Origin: Terriglobia bacterium
GTDB taxonomy: Bacteria > Acidobacteriota > Terriglobia > 20CM-2-55-15
DNA length: 64,000 nt
Assembly (NCBI GenBank): GCA_963664115.2
Contig: CAXWPJ010000010.1
Span: 256,001 to 320,000 of the forward strand
Direction: 5' to 3'
A model generated the notes under the pieces. That model searched no databases and had not been told where the DNA came from. It worked only from the letters and a program-made list of their open reading frames with translations. Below are positions 50,162 through 59,875 of the stretch, piece by piece. A program made the translations under genes and the position numbers. How positions within the stretch are numbered: the first letter of the stretch is position 1; each line of letters starts with the position of its first letter.

Positions 50162-51583
50162 ATGGAATCGATTAAAACCGATCTGGTCGTGCTGGGTGCC
50201 GGTCCTGGCGGCTATGGAGCGGCATTCTACGCTGCGGACCTCGGCAAGAAGGTCATGCTCGTCGAAAAAGACGCCCGGCTGGGTGGCGTCTGTCTCAACC
50301 GTGGATGCATTCCTTCGAAAGCCTTACTGTACGCAACGAAACTCATTTCCGAAGTCGAAGAATCGGCCGGCCGGGGGATCGTTTTCCCGTCCCCTGAAAT
50401 CGACGTGGCCAAACTGGCAGCCTGGAAAAACACTGTAATTGGAAAGCTCTCGCAGGGAGTCGAGCTATTGGCCAGGACACGGGGAGTCGACGTCGTGTCC
50501 GGCCACGGAAGTTTCGAAGATTCGACGCATCTCAACGTAGAGACCGCGGACGGTGAGGTTTCAATCGAGTTCGATCATGCGATCGTCGCCACCGGTTCGC
50601 ATCCGGTCATTCCAAAACCGTGGGACCTGGGCGATCCGGACATCATGACCTCGACCGAGGCATTGGAAGTGGCTGTGGTTCCCGATGACCTGCTGGTGAT
50701 TGGAGGTGGGTACATCGGGATGGAACTGGGAACCGTCTACGCAGCTCTCGGCAGCAAAGTGGTCGTCGTGGAAGCGCTGCCCTCTATCCTTGCAGGAACC
50801 GACGCCGACCTCTTACGCCCGGTCGTCCTGCGTGCACAGGAAACCTTCAGCGAACTTCGACTCGGAACCAAGGTTCAGCGTTTGGCGAGCAAGGGAGACC
50901 AGATCGAAGTCGTCACTGAAAATAACGGCGAAGAAGTGACCGAACTCTACGATCAGGTCCTGGTCGCGGTCGGCCGAGCACCGAACTCGGACGGTATCGG
51001 TCTGGACAAGACCGCTGCGAAGTTGAACTCAAACGGATTCATTCAAGTCGATGAAACTCAGAAAACGACGGATCCGAACATCTACGCGATCGGAGACATC
51101 ACCGGAGGGTTCATGTTGGCCCACAAAGCCTCCAAAGAAGCCCGTGTTGCAGTCGAATCGCTCGTGGGCAAAAAGAGTGTGTTTGAAGCCGTGATACCGG
51201 CAGTCGTTTTCACCGATCCTGAAATCGCATGGTGCGGACTGACCGAATCCGAAGCCAAAGAAAAAGGTATCGCCGTCGAAATTGCGAAGTTCCCGTGGGC
51301 CGCTTCCGGCCGCGCCCTTGCGGTTGACCGACCGGACGGACTCACCAAAATTGTCGTTGAACCCGAAACCGAACGCATTCTGGGCATGGGAATCGTCGGT
51401 GTCGGTGCCGGTGAGTTGATCAGCGAGGGTGTTGTCCTGATGGAGATGGGGGCTACGGTCAGGGACCTGGCCGATTCTGTGCACCCCCACCCGACGCTGT
51501 CGGAAACACTGATGGAGTGCGCGGAGATGTTTTTTGGTCACGCCACCCACGCGGCGCCTCGGCGGCGGCGCGCAAACCCATGA
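50162..51583 (+). CDS. lpdA: Dihydrolipoamide dehydrogenase
   Basis: GAGPGGY, GGVCLNRGCIPSK, GGGYIGME, LAHKA, HPHPTLSE. Confidence 0.96.
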   Translation: MESIKTDLVVLGAGPGGYGAAFYAADLGKKVMLVEKDARLGGVCLNRGCIPSKALLYATKLISEVEESAGRGIVFPSPEIDVAKLAAWKNTVIGKLSQGVELLARTRGVDVVSGHGSFEDSTHLNVETADGEVSIEFDHAIVATGSHPVIPKPWDLGDPDIMTSTEALEVAVVPDDLLVIGGGYIGMELGTVYAALGSKVVVVEALPSILAGTDADLLRPVVLRAQETFSELRLGTKVQRLASKGDQIEVVTENNGEEVTELYDQVLVAVGRAPNSDGIGLDKTAAKLNSNGFIQVDETQKTTDPNIYAIGDITGGFMLAHKASKEARVAVESLVGKKSVFEAVIPAVVFTDPEIAWCGLTESEAKEKGIAVEIAKFPWAASGRALAVDRPDGLTKIVVEPETERILGMGIVGVGAGELISEGVVLMEMGATVRDLADSVHPHPTLSETLMECAEMFFGHATHAAPRRRRANP

Positions 51584-51641
51584 AGGCCGCCCAAGCGAAA
51601 CCGAGGCCCGGAGAAATCCCTCCACTGGCGCCGCCATCGTC

Positions 51642-52262
51642 ATGAACTTTAACCGTGGCTTGCTGGCACTTGGAGCGATAACACTCCTGGCGTCTGTATT
51701 CGTTGCGTTTACACCTCTGGCCAACGTCCTCGGGAATCGATTGGCGATAGCCGAGGCCCTGGCTCCCGCTGATGCCATCGTTGTCCTGGGTTCAGGAATC
51801 TCGACTGAAGGCGAGTTGAGCCGGCCTTCTCTGAAACGTACGATTCGCGGCATAGAGCTCTTCCAGCTGGGCTATTCCCCTGTCCTTTTACTGCTGGGCC
51901 CGGCGCGATTCGAAGGCTACCCCTCAGAAGCCGAGGTCCGACGCCGACTCGCGCGCACGATGGGTCTGGATCCCGGCGGCATCATGACTGAAGCAAACGG
52001 CCTAACCACCCGCGACGAGGCCCGCCTCAGCAGGGAAAGACTCTTCCCTCTCGGGATCGAAACCGTCCTGCTAGTGACGGAAGGACAACATCTCATACGC
52101 GCCGTGCGTTTGTTCGAAAACCAAGGCTTCCAGGTGTACCCGGCGCCCGCCAATGACTATTCGACGCAGCCAACCGGCCCGCGCGGACGGATCGCCTTAA
52201 TGAAAAGAATTCTCGAGGAGCAAGCCGCCCGAATCTACTACCGACTCGCAGGCTATCTGTAG
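51642..52262 (+). CDS. YdcF/DUF218 family protein
   Basis: DAIVVLG, SEAE, E....TT..EA, LLVT...H..RA...F. Confidence 0.88.
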   Translation: MNFNRGLLALGAITLLASVFVAFTPLANVLGNRLAIAEALAPADAIVVLGSGISTEGELSRPSLKRTIRGIELFQLGYSPVLLLLGPARFEGYPSEAEVRRRLARTMGLDPGGIMTEANGLTTRDEARLSRERLFPLGIETVLLVTEGQHLIRAVRLFENQGFQVYPAPANDYSTQPTGPRGRIALMKRILEEQAARIYYRLAGYL

Positions 52263-52570
52263 TGTCTGAGATCTTCCTGCTCTTGCTCCTTGTGTGTACC
52301 TCCGCCGGGGCCTACGGATTTGGACGCCGCTGGCTCGGATTGCAGGTTCCCATCAGCCGGGGAATTCAAAGAACCGTCGAAACCGTGGTTGTCGCGGTCG
52401 CGTTCTTTGTCGTCAACGTCGGCGTCACCGTCGTCGGTATCTTGGCGCTCAGAAGCCTGGGAGTTTTTGTCTCGCTATATATCGCCACGGACTACACGCT
52501 GATCGTTCTGTCGTTCCTGCAGGGAGTCGTCTTTCAGTATTGGCGGTATGGAGGCACCTCGCGAAACTAA
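52262..52570 (+). CDS. Hypothetical membrane protein
   Basis: 102 aa, three hydrophobic segments, tightly packed in the operon. Confidence 0.6.
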   Translation: MSEIFLLLLLVCTSAGAYGFGRRWLGLQVPISRGIQRTVETVVVAVAFFVVNVGVTVVGILALRSLGVFVSLYIATDYTLIVLSFLQGVVFQYWRYGGTSRN

Positions 52571-52572
52571 GC

Positions 52573-53214
52573 GTGAAGCGTCATGCACAGAAGATCCTGG
52601 AGGGAACCTCTCACATCAGCGCCCTCGACCCAGTCATGCGCCGCATGGTGGCCCAGTGCCCGCCCCTGACTTCACTACGATTGCAGTCGAACCGATTTCA
52701 AGCGCTGGTCAACTCCATCCTGTCACAGCAGATTTCGATTCACGCTGCCCGAACCATTCGATTGCGTTTGGCGGAACTCGCTGGCCCCGACGGCGTCACG
52801 GAAAGGAGAATCAGCCAGCTCAGCCTGGTGCAACTCCGGTCCGTCGGCATATCGCGGCCAAAAGCCAACTACCTCAAAGATCTGGCCGACCAAATCCGGT
52901 CCGGCCAACTCCGGCTCAACCAGATCGGCCGTTCCAGCGATTCTGGCGTGATCGAACAACTGACCGCGGTTAAAGGAATCGGGGTCTGGACCGCTCAAAT
53001 GTTCCTGATTTTCTCTTTAGGCCGGCTGGACGTGTTCCCACACGACGACTACGCAATTCGTGCGGCAATCCAAAATCTGTACGGATTGGGGGAACTTCCC
53101 GACAAGAAGACGTCTTACCGGATCGCCGAACCCTGGAGCCCTTACCGAACAGTCGCCACATGGTATTGCTGGCGCAGCCACGAACTGGAAGCGAATAAGA
53201 GCGGAGGGACGTAA
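52573..53214 (+). CDS. DNA-3-methyladenine glycosylase II family (AlkA-like, HhH-GPD)
   Basis: ILSQQIS..AA, KGIGVWTAQMFLIF.LGR.DVFP.DD, W.PYRT. Confidence 0.92.
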   Translation: MKRHAQKILEGTSHISALDPVMRRMVAQCPPLTSLRLQSNRFQALVNSILSQQISIHAARTIRLRLAELAGPDGVTERRISQLSLVQLRSVGISRPKANYLKDLADQIRSGQLRLNQIGRSSDSGVIEQLTAVKGIGVWTAQMFLIFSLGRLDVFPHDDYAIRAAIQNLYGLGELPDKKTSYRIAEPWSPYRTVATWYCWRSHELEANKSGGT

Positions 53215-53224
53215 GAAGGTTCAA

Positions 53225-53403
53225 ACCGCAAAGGCGCAAAGACGCAAGAAACAAGAAAAATTAGGCCGTGTAAGATTCAGCGGTATAGGGTCTTGTGGTT
53301 TCCAACGACTGTCCAGCTAACCCAACTGAGTTCGGTCGAATTAGCCTTAGATCACCTGGTCACCTATCCTGCCTTTTCCTTTGCGCCTTTGCGCCTTTGC
53401 GGT
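53225..53403. repeat. ~178-bp palindromic element, copy A
   Basis: Ends ACCGCAAAGGCGCAAAG / CTTTGCGCCTTTGCGGT; interior similar to copy B. Confidence 0.85.
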
Positions 53404-53412
53404 AAGAAACTC

Positions 53413-54534
53413 TTATGCGGCGGAACGGCGGCCTTTGAATAGGCCTCGCAGACGGGATGGCTTTTTCGCCACTACGCGGTTCTTTCCTGCTCTTTTGGCC
53501 TCGTAAAGTGCTTCGTCCGCCCGTCGAATGACTTCTTCGACAGTTTCGCCCTCGACAAACTCTGCGGCGCCACAGCTGATAGTGAAGCGGATTTGGTCGG
53601 TCGTTTCAGCCAAAGCAAATTCGTACTGCGTTGCGGCGACCTCCGACACGAGACGATTGAAACGCTCCTCGGCACTGTCGATCCCACAGTTGCGGAGCAG
53701 GATGGCAAACTCTTCTCCACCATAGCGCGCCACCATGTCACCGGAACGAATAGACTTGCCGAAGATTTGGGCAGCACCCACAAGTACGCGGTCGGCAATC
53801 TGATGACCGTATTGATCGTTGACCTGCTTGAAGTCGTCCAGGTCAAGCATCCCCAACGTAAAACCGTTTCCGGCGCCGCCGTGGGTCTCAACCCAATCCT
53901 TGATCGTACGATCGAAGCTGCCGCGATTGGGAATTTGAGTCAGAGAATCCAGCATCGCATCCTCCTCGGCACGCTCCAGACGGTTCTGCAGAGTTTCGAT
54001 GCGGCCCGACAACTTTGAATAGCGCTCCAGATCCTTCTCTTGCTTTTCCTCCACCACACGATTCAAGCCCTGCACTTCCTCCGTGATCCGCTGTTTGAGA
54101 ACCTGCAAATCCTCGATATCCAGAAGCATCTGGAACCTCTCGGAGGAACCAAGCACACTCTCGTTGAAGTGTTCGGATTCACCGGCAAGCTTCCGCACGG
54201 TTTCTCTGAGCACATCGATAATGTCTACGAATTCGATTTCTCTGTTCAGAGCATGTTCGCGCGCACGAGTGAAGAAATCTTCGCACGCGGATATGCAGGT
54301 ATCCGCCATGGCCTCAAGCGAAGAAGGTGTCGGCACAGGGCGCCCGCATAACGCCTTCCCGAAGTCGCCGAGTAGGGCACGGAATTCTGGTGTCGTCTTC
54401 AAATGCTCATTGCTTACCGCAACATCAGAGACCAGTTCCAGTAGACGTTCTACGATGGCGATCAACTCACCCGCAGCATCCGATCCTCCACCATCCCTAT
54501 TTCCCAGCTTCAATTCAACTAATTCGTCCGACAT
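53413..54534 (-). CDS. Diguanylate cyclase with an N-terminal coiled coil
   Basis: DSLT..PNR, DLDDFK.VND.YGH, RSGD I-site, RYGGEEF, AD.ALY.AK..GKN. Confidence 0.93.
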   Translation of the reverse strand: MSDELVELKLGNRDGGGSDAAGELIAIVERLLELVSDVAVSNEHLKTTPEFRALLGDFGKALCGRPVPTPSSLEAMADTCISACEDFFTRAREHALNREIEFVDIIDVLRETVRKLAGESEHFNESVLGSSERFQMLLDIEDLQVLKQRITEEVQGLNRVVEEKQEKDLERYSKLSGRIETLQNRLERAEEDAMLDSLTQIPNRGSFDRTIKDWVETHGGAGNGFTLGMLDLDDFKQVNDQYGHQIADRVLVGAAQIFGKSIRSGDMVARYGGEEFAILLRNCGIDSAEERFNRLVSEVAATQYEFALAETTDQIRFTISCGAAEFVEGETVEEVIRRADEALYEAKRAGKNRVVAKKPSRLRGLFKGRRSAA

Positions 54535-54681
54535 GCACTCTCCTGCAATAGATACACTTGAATACTCAATCGGAGTATTGAGTTCAATACTTTAGCCCGC
54601 GGATCCCCTAAAAGCGCTGGGCGCTCTAAGCCATTGATTCATATGGGTCAGCAGGCAAGCTACGACAGGGGAATGACCATC

Positions 54682-54857
54682 ACCGCAAAGGCGCAAAGAC
54701 GCAAAGTAATTCGAAGAGATATGTCGTGTCAGATTTAGCGGGATGAACTCGTGTGGGTTTCCAACAACTGTGTTGCTAACCCAACTGCTGCTGGCTCAAC
54801 TAGACGTTGGCAGCCTATTCGGTCTTTTCTTCCTTCGCGTCTTTGCGCCTTTGCGGT
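54682..54857. repeat. ~178-bp palindromic element, copy B
   Basis: Same terminal IRs and same interior orientation as copy A. Confidence 0.85.
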
Positions 54858-54867
54858 GAAAGCTCTT

Positions 54868-56850
54868 CTAGAGCAAGGAGATGGGGTCGACGTCGATGAC
54901 GACACGGGTCGGGGAGATTTTGTGCTCACTCATGTAGGCCTGAAGCTGCTTCAGGAGGCGGTGCAGAGGCGCCCTCGATGCGGATTTGATCAACAACTGG
55001 TGGCGGAAAGTCCGGTTGATTTTCTCCAGGGGCGCGGCGGCGGGTCCCAGGATGCGCACCGACCGCGTGCGGACACTATCGAAGAAGTCACCGATTTCCC
55101 GAGCGAGCCCGGCGGCTTTCTCCCGGCTCCGCTCCAGAACCATGACACCGGCCAACGCTGTAAACGGTGGATAGAACATGGCCCTTCGGAATTGGACTTC
55201 GCGGGCATAAAACGCTTCAAACTTCTGTGTCGAAGCGAGTTGAAAGGTATAGTGCGCGGGGAAATAGCTTTGAATAATCACTTGTCCGGGCGTGTCCCCG
55301 CGCCCGGACCGACCGGCCACCTGGGTCAAAAGTTGGAAGGTACGTTCGGCCGCCCTGAAATCAGGCAGCGAAAGAGCGCTGTCGGCCCCAACCACTCCGA
55401 CCAGCGTCACCTTGGGAAAATCGTGACCCTTCGCAACCATCTGGGTTCCCACAAGAATGTCGAGTTCTCCGTCTCGAAAAGCCGTGAGGACACGGTCGTA
55501 ATCTCGCAATTGGCGCATCGTGTCACGATCCACCCGCCCGATACGGGCAGTCGGGAATCTCTCCTTCAGCAGAGCTTCCAACTGCTGGGTTCCCTCCCCG
55601 ACATACTGAATGAATTCGCTCCTACACTCCGGGCAGGTGGATTCAGGCTTCCGCGTAAGACCACAATAGTGGCATAGCAACCGCTCGATCGTGCGGTGGT
55701 AGGTCATCGAGACACTGCAGTCCCGGCACTCAAACGAATAGCCGCAGTGACGGCATAGTAAGAACATCGAAAAGCCACGGCGGTTCAAGAGGACAATGGT
55801 TTGTTCCTCACGCTTAAGGCGGTCCTCGATACCGTCCATCAAGGCCCGGCATAATACGACCTGCTCTCCCTGCTGGACGTATTCGTCGCGCATGTTGATG
55901 ATTTCTACCTTTGGAAGAGGTCGCTCCTCGACTCGATCCGGAAGGTGGACATAGACATACCGTTTTGTTTCCGCGTTTCGAAACGACTCCATCGAAGGCG
56001 TGGCTGACCCCAGCACAGTGACGGCACCCGCCATCTTCGCCCGCATCACAGCGCAGTCACGGCCATGGTAGCGTGGCAATTCACCCTGCTTGTAGCTCCC
56101 CTCGTGTTCTTCATCGACAACGATCAAGCCAAGATTCTTAAGGGGGGCGAACAATGCGGAGCGAGTCCCGATCACGATCGACGCGACACCGTTGTAGATC
56201 CTGAGCCATTCGTTGATGCGTTGTTTTGAAGTCAGAGAACTGTGCAGAACCGCAAGTCGCGAACCGAAGCGCTTTATAAAGCGCTCACGTAGCTGCGGAG
56301 TCAGCCCAATCTCGGGAACCATGACAAGTGCGGTCTTTCCCAGGCGTTGGAAGTGCTCCACGCTGCGCATGTAGATTTCGGTTTTGCCACTGCCGGTGAC
56401 GCCATGCAAGAGCACGGTGTTGAACCCGTCCTCTCGTGTGATGGCAGTCAAAGCACTCTCCTGGGCGGATGTCAAAAGAGGAACCGAGGGCAGAATGTGA
56501 GGCCGCGGGGGGGAGGGGTTAAACTGGGCCAAATGTTTCGCAGTGATTGCCGGTGGCAGGGCACTCTTGAGCACTTCGCCGAGCGGGGCCAGGTAGTAGT
56601 CCGCAATCCACCGGCAGAGTTCGAAGATGTCCTCACGGATCAACGGTTCCGGATCAAGAACCTCCAGCACCTGACGAATCTCATTCAATCCCTCAGGTTT
56701 GTCTTTCCTGAATCCAACGACAAATCCCTGCACCTCGCGGTTTTTGAAGGGAACTCTGACACGTGCAGGAAGCGGCGTTTCACCAGTAACCTCATACACG
56801 AAGGTCTGTGGAAATGGGAGGCAGACGGCAACGTCGGCGTACATAGACAA
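54868..56850 (-). CDS. priA: Primosomal protein N'
   Basis: HGVTGSGKTE, DEEHE.SYKQ, GSATPS, four CxxC, GTQMVAKG.DF, QVAGRSGR, DVDP. Confidence 0.97.
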   Translation of the reverse strand: MSMYADVAVCLPFPQTFVYEVTGETPLPARVRVPFKNREVQGFVVGFRKDKPEGLNEIRQVLEVLDPEPLIREDIFELCRWIADYYLAPLGEVLKSALPPAITAKHLAQFNPSPPRPHILPSVPLLTSAQESALTAITREDGFNTVLLHGVTGSGKTEIYMRSVEHFQRLGKTALVMVPEIGLTPQLRERFIKRFGSRLAVLHSSLTSKQRINEWLRIYNGVASIVIGTRSALFAPLKNLGLIVVDEEHEGSYKQGELPRYHGRDCAVMRAKMAGAVTVLGSATPSMESFRNAETKRYVYVHLPDRVEERPLPKVEIINMRDEYVQQGEQVVLCRALMDGIEDRLKREEQTIVLLNRRGFSMFLLCRHCGYSFECRDCSVSMTYHRTIERLLCHYCGLTRKPESTCPECRSEFIQYVGEGTQQLEALLKERFPTARIGRVDRDTMRQLRDYDRVLTAFRDGELDILVGTQMVAKGHDFPKVTLVGVVGADSALSLPDFRAAERTFQLLTQVAGRSGRGDTPGQVIIQSYFPAHYTFQLASTQKFEAFYAREVQFRRAMFYPPFTALAGVMVLERSREKAAGLAREIGDFFDSVRTRSVRILGPAAAPLEKINRTFRHQLLIKSASRAPLHRLLKQLQAYMSEHKISPTRVVIDVDPISLL

Positions 56851-56876
56851 TCCGTGGCTTGAGCGTCCGATTGGAA

Positions 56877-57542
56877 CTAGCCCTCGGCCAGAGAGTTGAG
56901 TGCTTCCCGAATCTGCTTCATGTCTTCCCAGACTTCACGCTTCTTCGCAGGATTGCGCAACAGATAGGCCGGATGGAAGGTAGCAATGAAACGGATGCCT
57001 TCGATGTCATGAAAGCGGCCGCGCAATTTCGATATGGGAACCTTCATGCCGAGCATCGTTTGGGATGCGAACGTTCCCAGGCAACACACGATCTGCGGGC
57101 GCACCGCTTCCAGTTGCTGGCGCAGGAACGGGCTGCAGGTTTCCACTTCATCGGCTTCTGGATTGCGGTTCTTCGGGGGACGGCACTTGAGTACATTGCA
57201 AATATAGACATCGTTTCGTTCAATACCAATGGACTCGATGATCTTCGTCAGGAGTTGTCCGGCCCGTCCTACGAACGGCAGACCCTGGCGGTCCTCCTCC
57301 GAACCCGGCGCCTCGCCGATGAACATGAGCCTCGCATCGGGATTGCCTGAACCGAACACGATCGATGTTCTGGATCCGGAGAGCTTACACCGACTACAAT
57401 CGCCGAGTTCCTCGCGTATATCATCCAGCGTCATCCGGGCCTCAACCTGTGGGTCAGACGAACCAAGCTCTCCAATATCCAGGTGGGAAATGCCGATGTC
57501 TCTAAAAAACTGAAGCTGTGCGACGAGTTCATCTCGATTCAT
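56877..57542 (-). CDS. Uracil-DNA glycosylase family 4 (Fe-S)
   Basis: C..C.L, IGEAPG..ED..G.PFVG.AG, KCRPP.NR, HPAYLLR. Confidence 0.95.
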   Translation of the reverse strand: MNRDELVAQLQFFRDIGISHLDIGELGSSDPQVEARMTLDDIREELGDCSRCKLSGSRTSIVFGSGNPDARLMFIGEAPGSEEDRQGLPFVGRAGQLLTKIIESIGIERNDVYICNVLKCRPPKNRNPEADEVETCSPFLRQQLEAVRPQIVCCLGTFASQTMLGMKVPISKLRGRFHDIEGIRFIATFHPAYLLRNPAKKREVWEDMKQIREALNSLAEG

Positions 57543-57582
57543 TTCGACGATCCCTCACACCTCAACGGCGTCGACCGATTCG

Positions 57583-57665
57583 TTTCAACACGAAGAAACG
57601 AAGCACACGAAGTTTCTTGAATTTTATCGAAACCAATCCGCTTCTTCGTGGCCTTCGTGTTGAAA
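57583..57665. repeat. Palindromic repeat built from CACGAAG-like units
   Basis: TTTCAACACGAAG...CTTCGTGTTGAAA, with three ACGAAG units on the left arm. Confidence 0.75.
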
Positions 57666-57692
57666 ACACACCCTCTTAACTGAGACGGAATT

Positions 57693-58907
57693 CTAGAGGA
57701 ACGGTATGACCCGATCGATAATGCGGTGGGCCACCTCGACCTTCGACATCAGCGGCAAATCTTCTCGGACGCCGTTCGAGTCCACGATGCTCGCTTGACT
57801 AGTATCACCGTCAAAAGCCGAATCCGGTCCCGAAACACCATTGATCACAATGAGGTCCAGGTTCTTCGAGCGCAACTTTTCGAGACCGAATTCGATGTGA
57901 TTTTCTGTCTCGGCTGCAAACCCAACGAGGACTGTACCGTTTTTCGAATTTCCGATTTCACCAAGAATGTCGGAGGTCGGCTCAAACCGGACGTCGAGAC
58001 CGGAACCCTTCTTGATTTTTTGGCGAGCAGTTTCGGCGGGCCGGAAATCCAGAGGCGCAGCCGCTTTTACGACAACGTCTGCACCGGGTAGATGCTCAAG
58101 AACGGCATCTCGCATTTCACCGGTAGTGCGAACCCGGATCGTCCCTGGAAATTCCAGCTCTGTAGGTCCCGAAATCAGTGTAACTTCCCCACCGCGCTCG
58201 GTGACCGCACGAGCCACGGCAAACCCCATTTTGCCTGATGAACGATTGCTGATGAAACGCACCGGGTCGATGTCCTCTACAGTCGGGCCTGCGGTCACCA
58301 GAACGCGTTTGTCTTTTAAATCACGCCGGCGTTCCAGTACAGAAACAACGTATTCAACGATGTGATCAACATCCGCCAGACGACCCGGACCATAGGTCCC
58401 GCAGGCCATTTCTCCGACGTCTGGATCGATGACACGGACTCCGCGCTGTCTGAGTGCACTCAGATTACTCTGCACGGCCGGATGCCTCCACATCTGCGTG
58501 TTCATAGCCGGGGCAATCACAACCGTCGACTCAAAGGCCAGGTGAAAGGTGGTCAGGAAATTATTTGCGATTCCCGACGCCATCCGAGCGATACAGTCGG
58601 CCGTGGCCGGAGCCACGAGAAAGAGATCCACTGACTGCGCCAGGAAGATGTGGTCGAAAGAACCTTCGAATGCTGCGCCCGGGGAAGCCCCTTCGAACAT
58701 GTCGGAATACACCTTGTTTCCGGACAAAGCTGCGAAGGTGAGGGGGGTCACGAAGCGCCGGGCATTCGGAGTCATGATGACTACAACATCAAATCCCCGA
58801 TCCTGGAGTCGGCGAAGAATCTCCGCTGACTTGTAACAAGCGATCCCACCGCTGACTCCGAGCGCGATCTTTTGCTTCTGACGTGTCTTCGCCGTGTCGT
58901 CGGCCAT
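57693..58907 (-). CDS. coaBC: Bifunctional phosphopantothenoylcysteine decarboxylase/synthetase
   Basis: GGIACYK, APAMN, TAGPT.E.IDPVRFISNRSSGKMG, GFAAET. Confidence 0.97.
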   Translation of the reverse strand: MADDTAKTRQKQKIALGVSGGIACYKSAEILRRLQDRGFDVVVIMTPNARRFVTPLTFAALSGNKVYSDMFEGASPGAAFEGSFDHIFLAQSVDLFLVAPATADCIARMASGIANNFLTTFHLAFESTVVIAPAMNTQMWRHPAVQSNLSALRQRGVRVIDPDVGEMACGTYGPGRLADVDHIVEYVVSVLERRRDLKDKRVLVTAGPTVEDIDPVRFISNRSSGKMGFAVARAVTERGGEVTLISGPTELEFPGTIRVRTTGEMRDAVLEHLPGADVVVKAAAPLDFRPAETARQKIKKGSGLDVRFEPTSDILGEIGNSKNGTVLVGFAAETENHIEFGLEKLRSKNLDLIVINGVSGPDSAFDGDTSQASIVDSNGVREDLPLMSKVEVAHRIIDRVIPFL

Positions 58908-58941
58908 GTTCTATGCCATTTAAACCGGCCCTTAGCTCCGG

Positions 58942-59136
58942 CTATTGTTTCTTAATCTTTTTGGGAATCGTAAAAGATATCAGGTCCTCGAGTACTTCCT
59001 GCTGCGCGACCTGCGTCGCCTTGCGACCCTCGTCGTCAATCAACGGACGACTCCCACTTTGTAGCTGCCGCGCACGCAGCGCCGAGATAATTACGAATCG
59101 GTATTTACTGTCAACTGACTCTGGAATCTCTATCAA
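58942..59136 (-). CDS. rpoZ: RNA polymerase omega subunit
   Basis: DSKYRFV....RARQLQ.G; gmk-rpoZ-coaBC synteny. Confidence 0.92.
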   Translation of the reverse strand: MIEIPESVDSKYRFVIISALRARQLQSGSRPLIDDEGRKATQVAQQEVLEDLISFTIPKKIKKQ

Positions 59137-59750
59137 TCCATACCTCCAAAAGAAGCAATGATCTCACGTATTCGTTCCTCCTGGCAGATCGGTCGGGCCG
59201 ACCCCGAACGTACAATCGCCTCCAGGAGTCCGAATGATTCGTCTAACTTGTCGTTGATGACAACGTAATCATAATCGTTGTATCTCAGGATTTCCTTCTT
59301 CGCAATAGCCAGACGTCTTCGAATCGTTTCGTCGTCCTCAAGACGACGTTCCTTCAAACGGCGCTCCAGTTCAGTGAACGAGGGGGGCATCAGGAAAATC
59401 GTTACCGCTCCCTCGATCTGGTCCTTGACCTGCTGCGCTCCCTGGACATCGATATCCAGTATGACTGCATGTCCCGAGGCTATGTTTTCTTCAACAAACT
59501 GCCGCGAAGTCCCGTACAGGTTCCCATGGTATTCGGCCGACTCCAGAAACTCCCGCCGGTCGACCATTCCTTGAAATTCATCCCGGTCGATAAAGAAGTA
59601 CTCAATACCGTCCTCTTCATGTCCCCTCGGAGTCCGAGTCGTGTAGGAAATCGAAAAAAGCAGGTGATCGAACTTCGTGACTAGGTGCTGGAGTAATGTG
59701 GTTTTCCCGGAGCCCGAGGGCGCCGACACGATGTAAAGATTTTCGCGCAT
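59133..59750 (-). CDS. gmk: Guanylate kinase
   Basis: SAPSGSGKTT, SYTTR.PR..E.DG.EYFF, DIDVQGA. Confidence 0.97.
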   Translation of the reverse strand: MRENLYIVSAPSGSGKTTLLQHLVTKFDHLLFSISYTTRTPRGHEEDGIEYFFIDRDEFQGMVDRREFLESAEYHGNLYGTSRQFVEENIASGHAVILDIDVQGAQQVKDQIEGAVTIFLMPPSFTELERRLKERRLEDDETIRRRLAIAKKEILRYNDYDYVVINDKLDESFGLLEAIVRSGSARPICQEERIREIIASFGGMD

Positions 59751-59788
59751 CGGCCAATTAACTAATATAGCTCACTTGGCTCCCGGTT

Positions 59789-59875
59789 AAAAAGGGGTCA
59801 GAGCCCTATATTCCCTATTTCCTACACGATTCCTTCGAACTCAAAAATAGGAATATAGGGCTCTGACCCCTTTTT
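59789..59875. repeat. REP-like inverted repeat doublet between yicC and gmk
   Basis: AAAAAGGGGTCAGAGCCCTATATTCC(C)TATTT arms of about 31 bp. Confidence 0.85.

Noticed and set aside
53225-54857. CRISPR array interpretation of the CGCAAAG repeats
   Set aside because: Units are 8-9 nt in inverted arrangement, there are no regular spacers and no cas genes. No CRISPR array was seen anywhere in the window.
54751-55677. 308-aa plus-strand ORF and similar long antisense ORFs over ahcY, lpdA, msbA and the flavoprotein
   Set aside because: They lie opposite well-supported genes in GC-rich DNA and show no family motifs.
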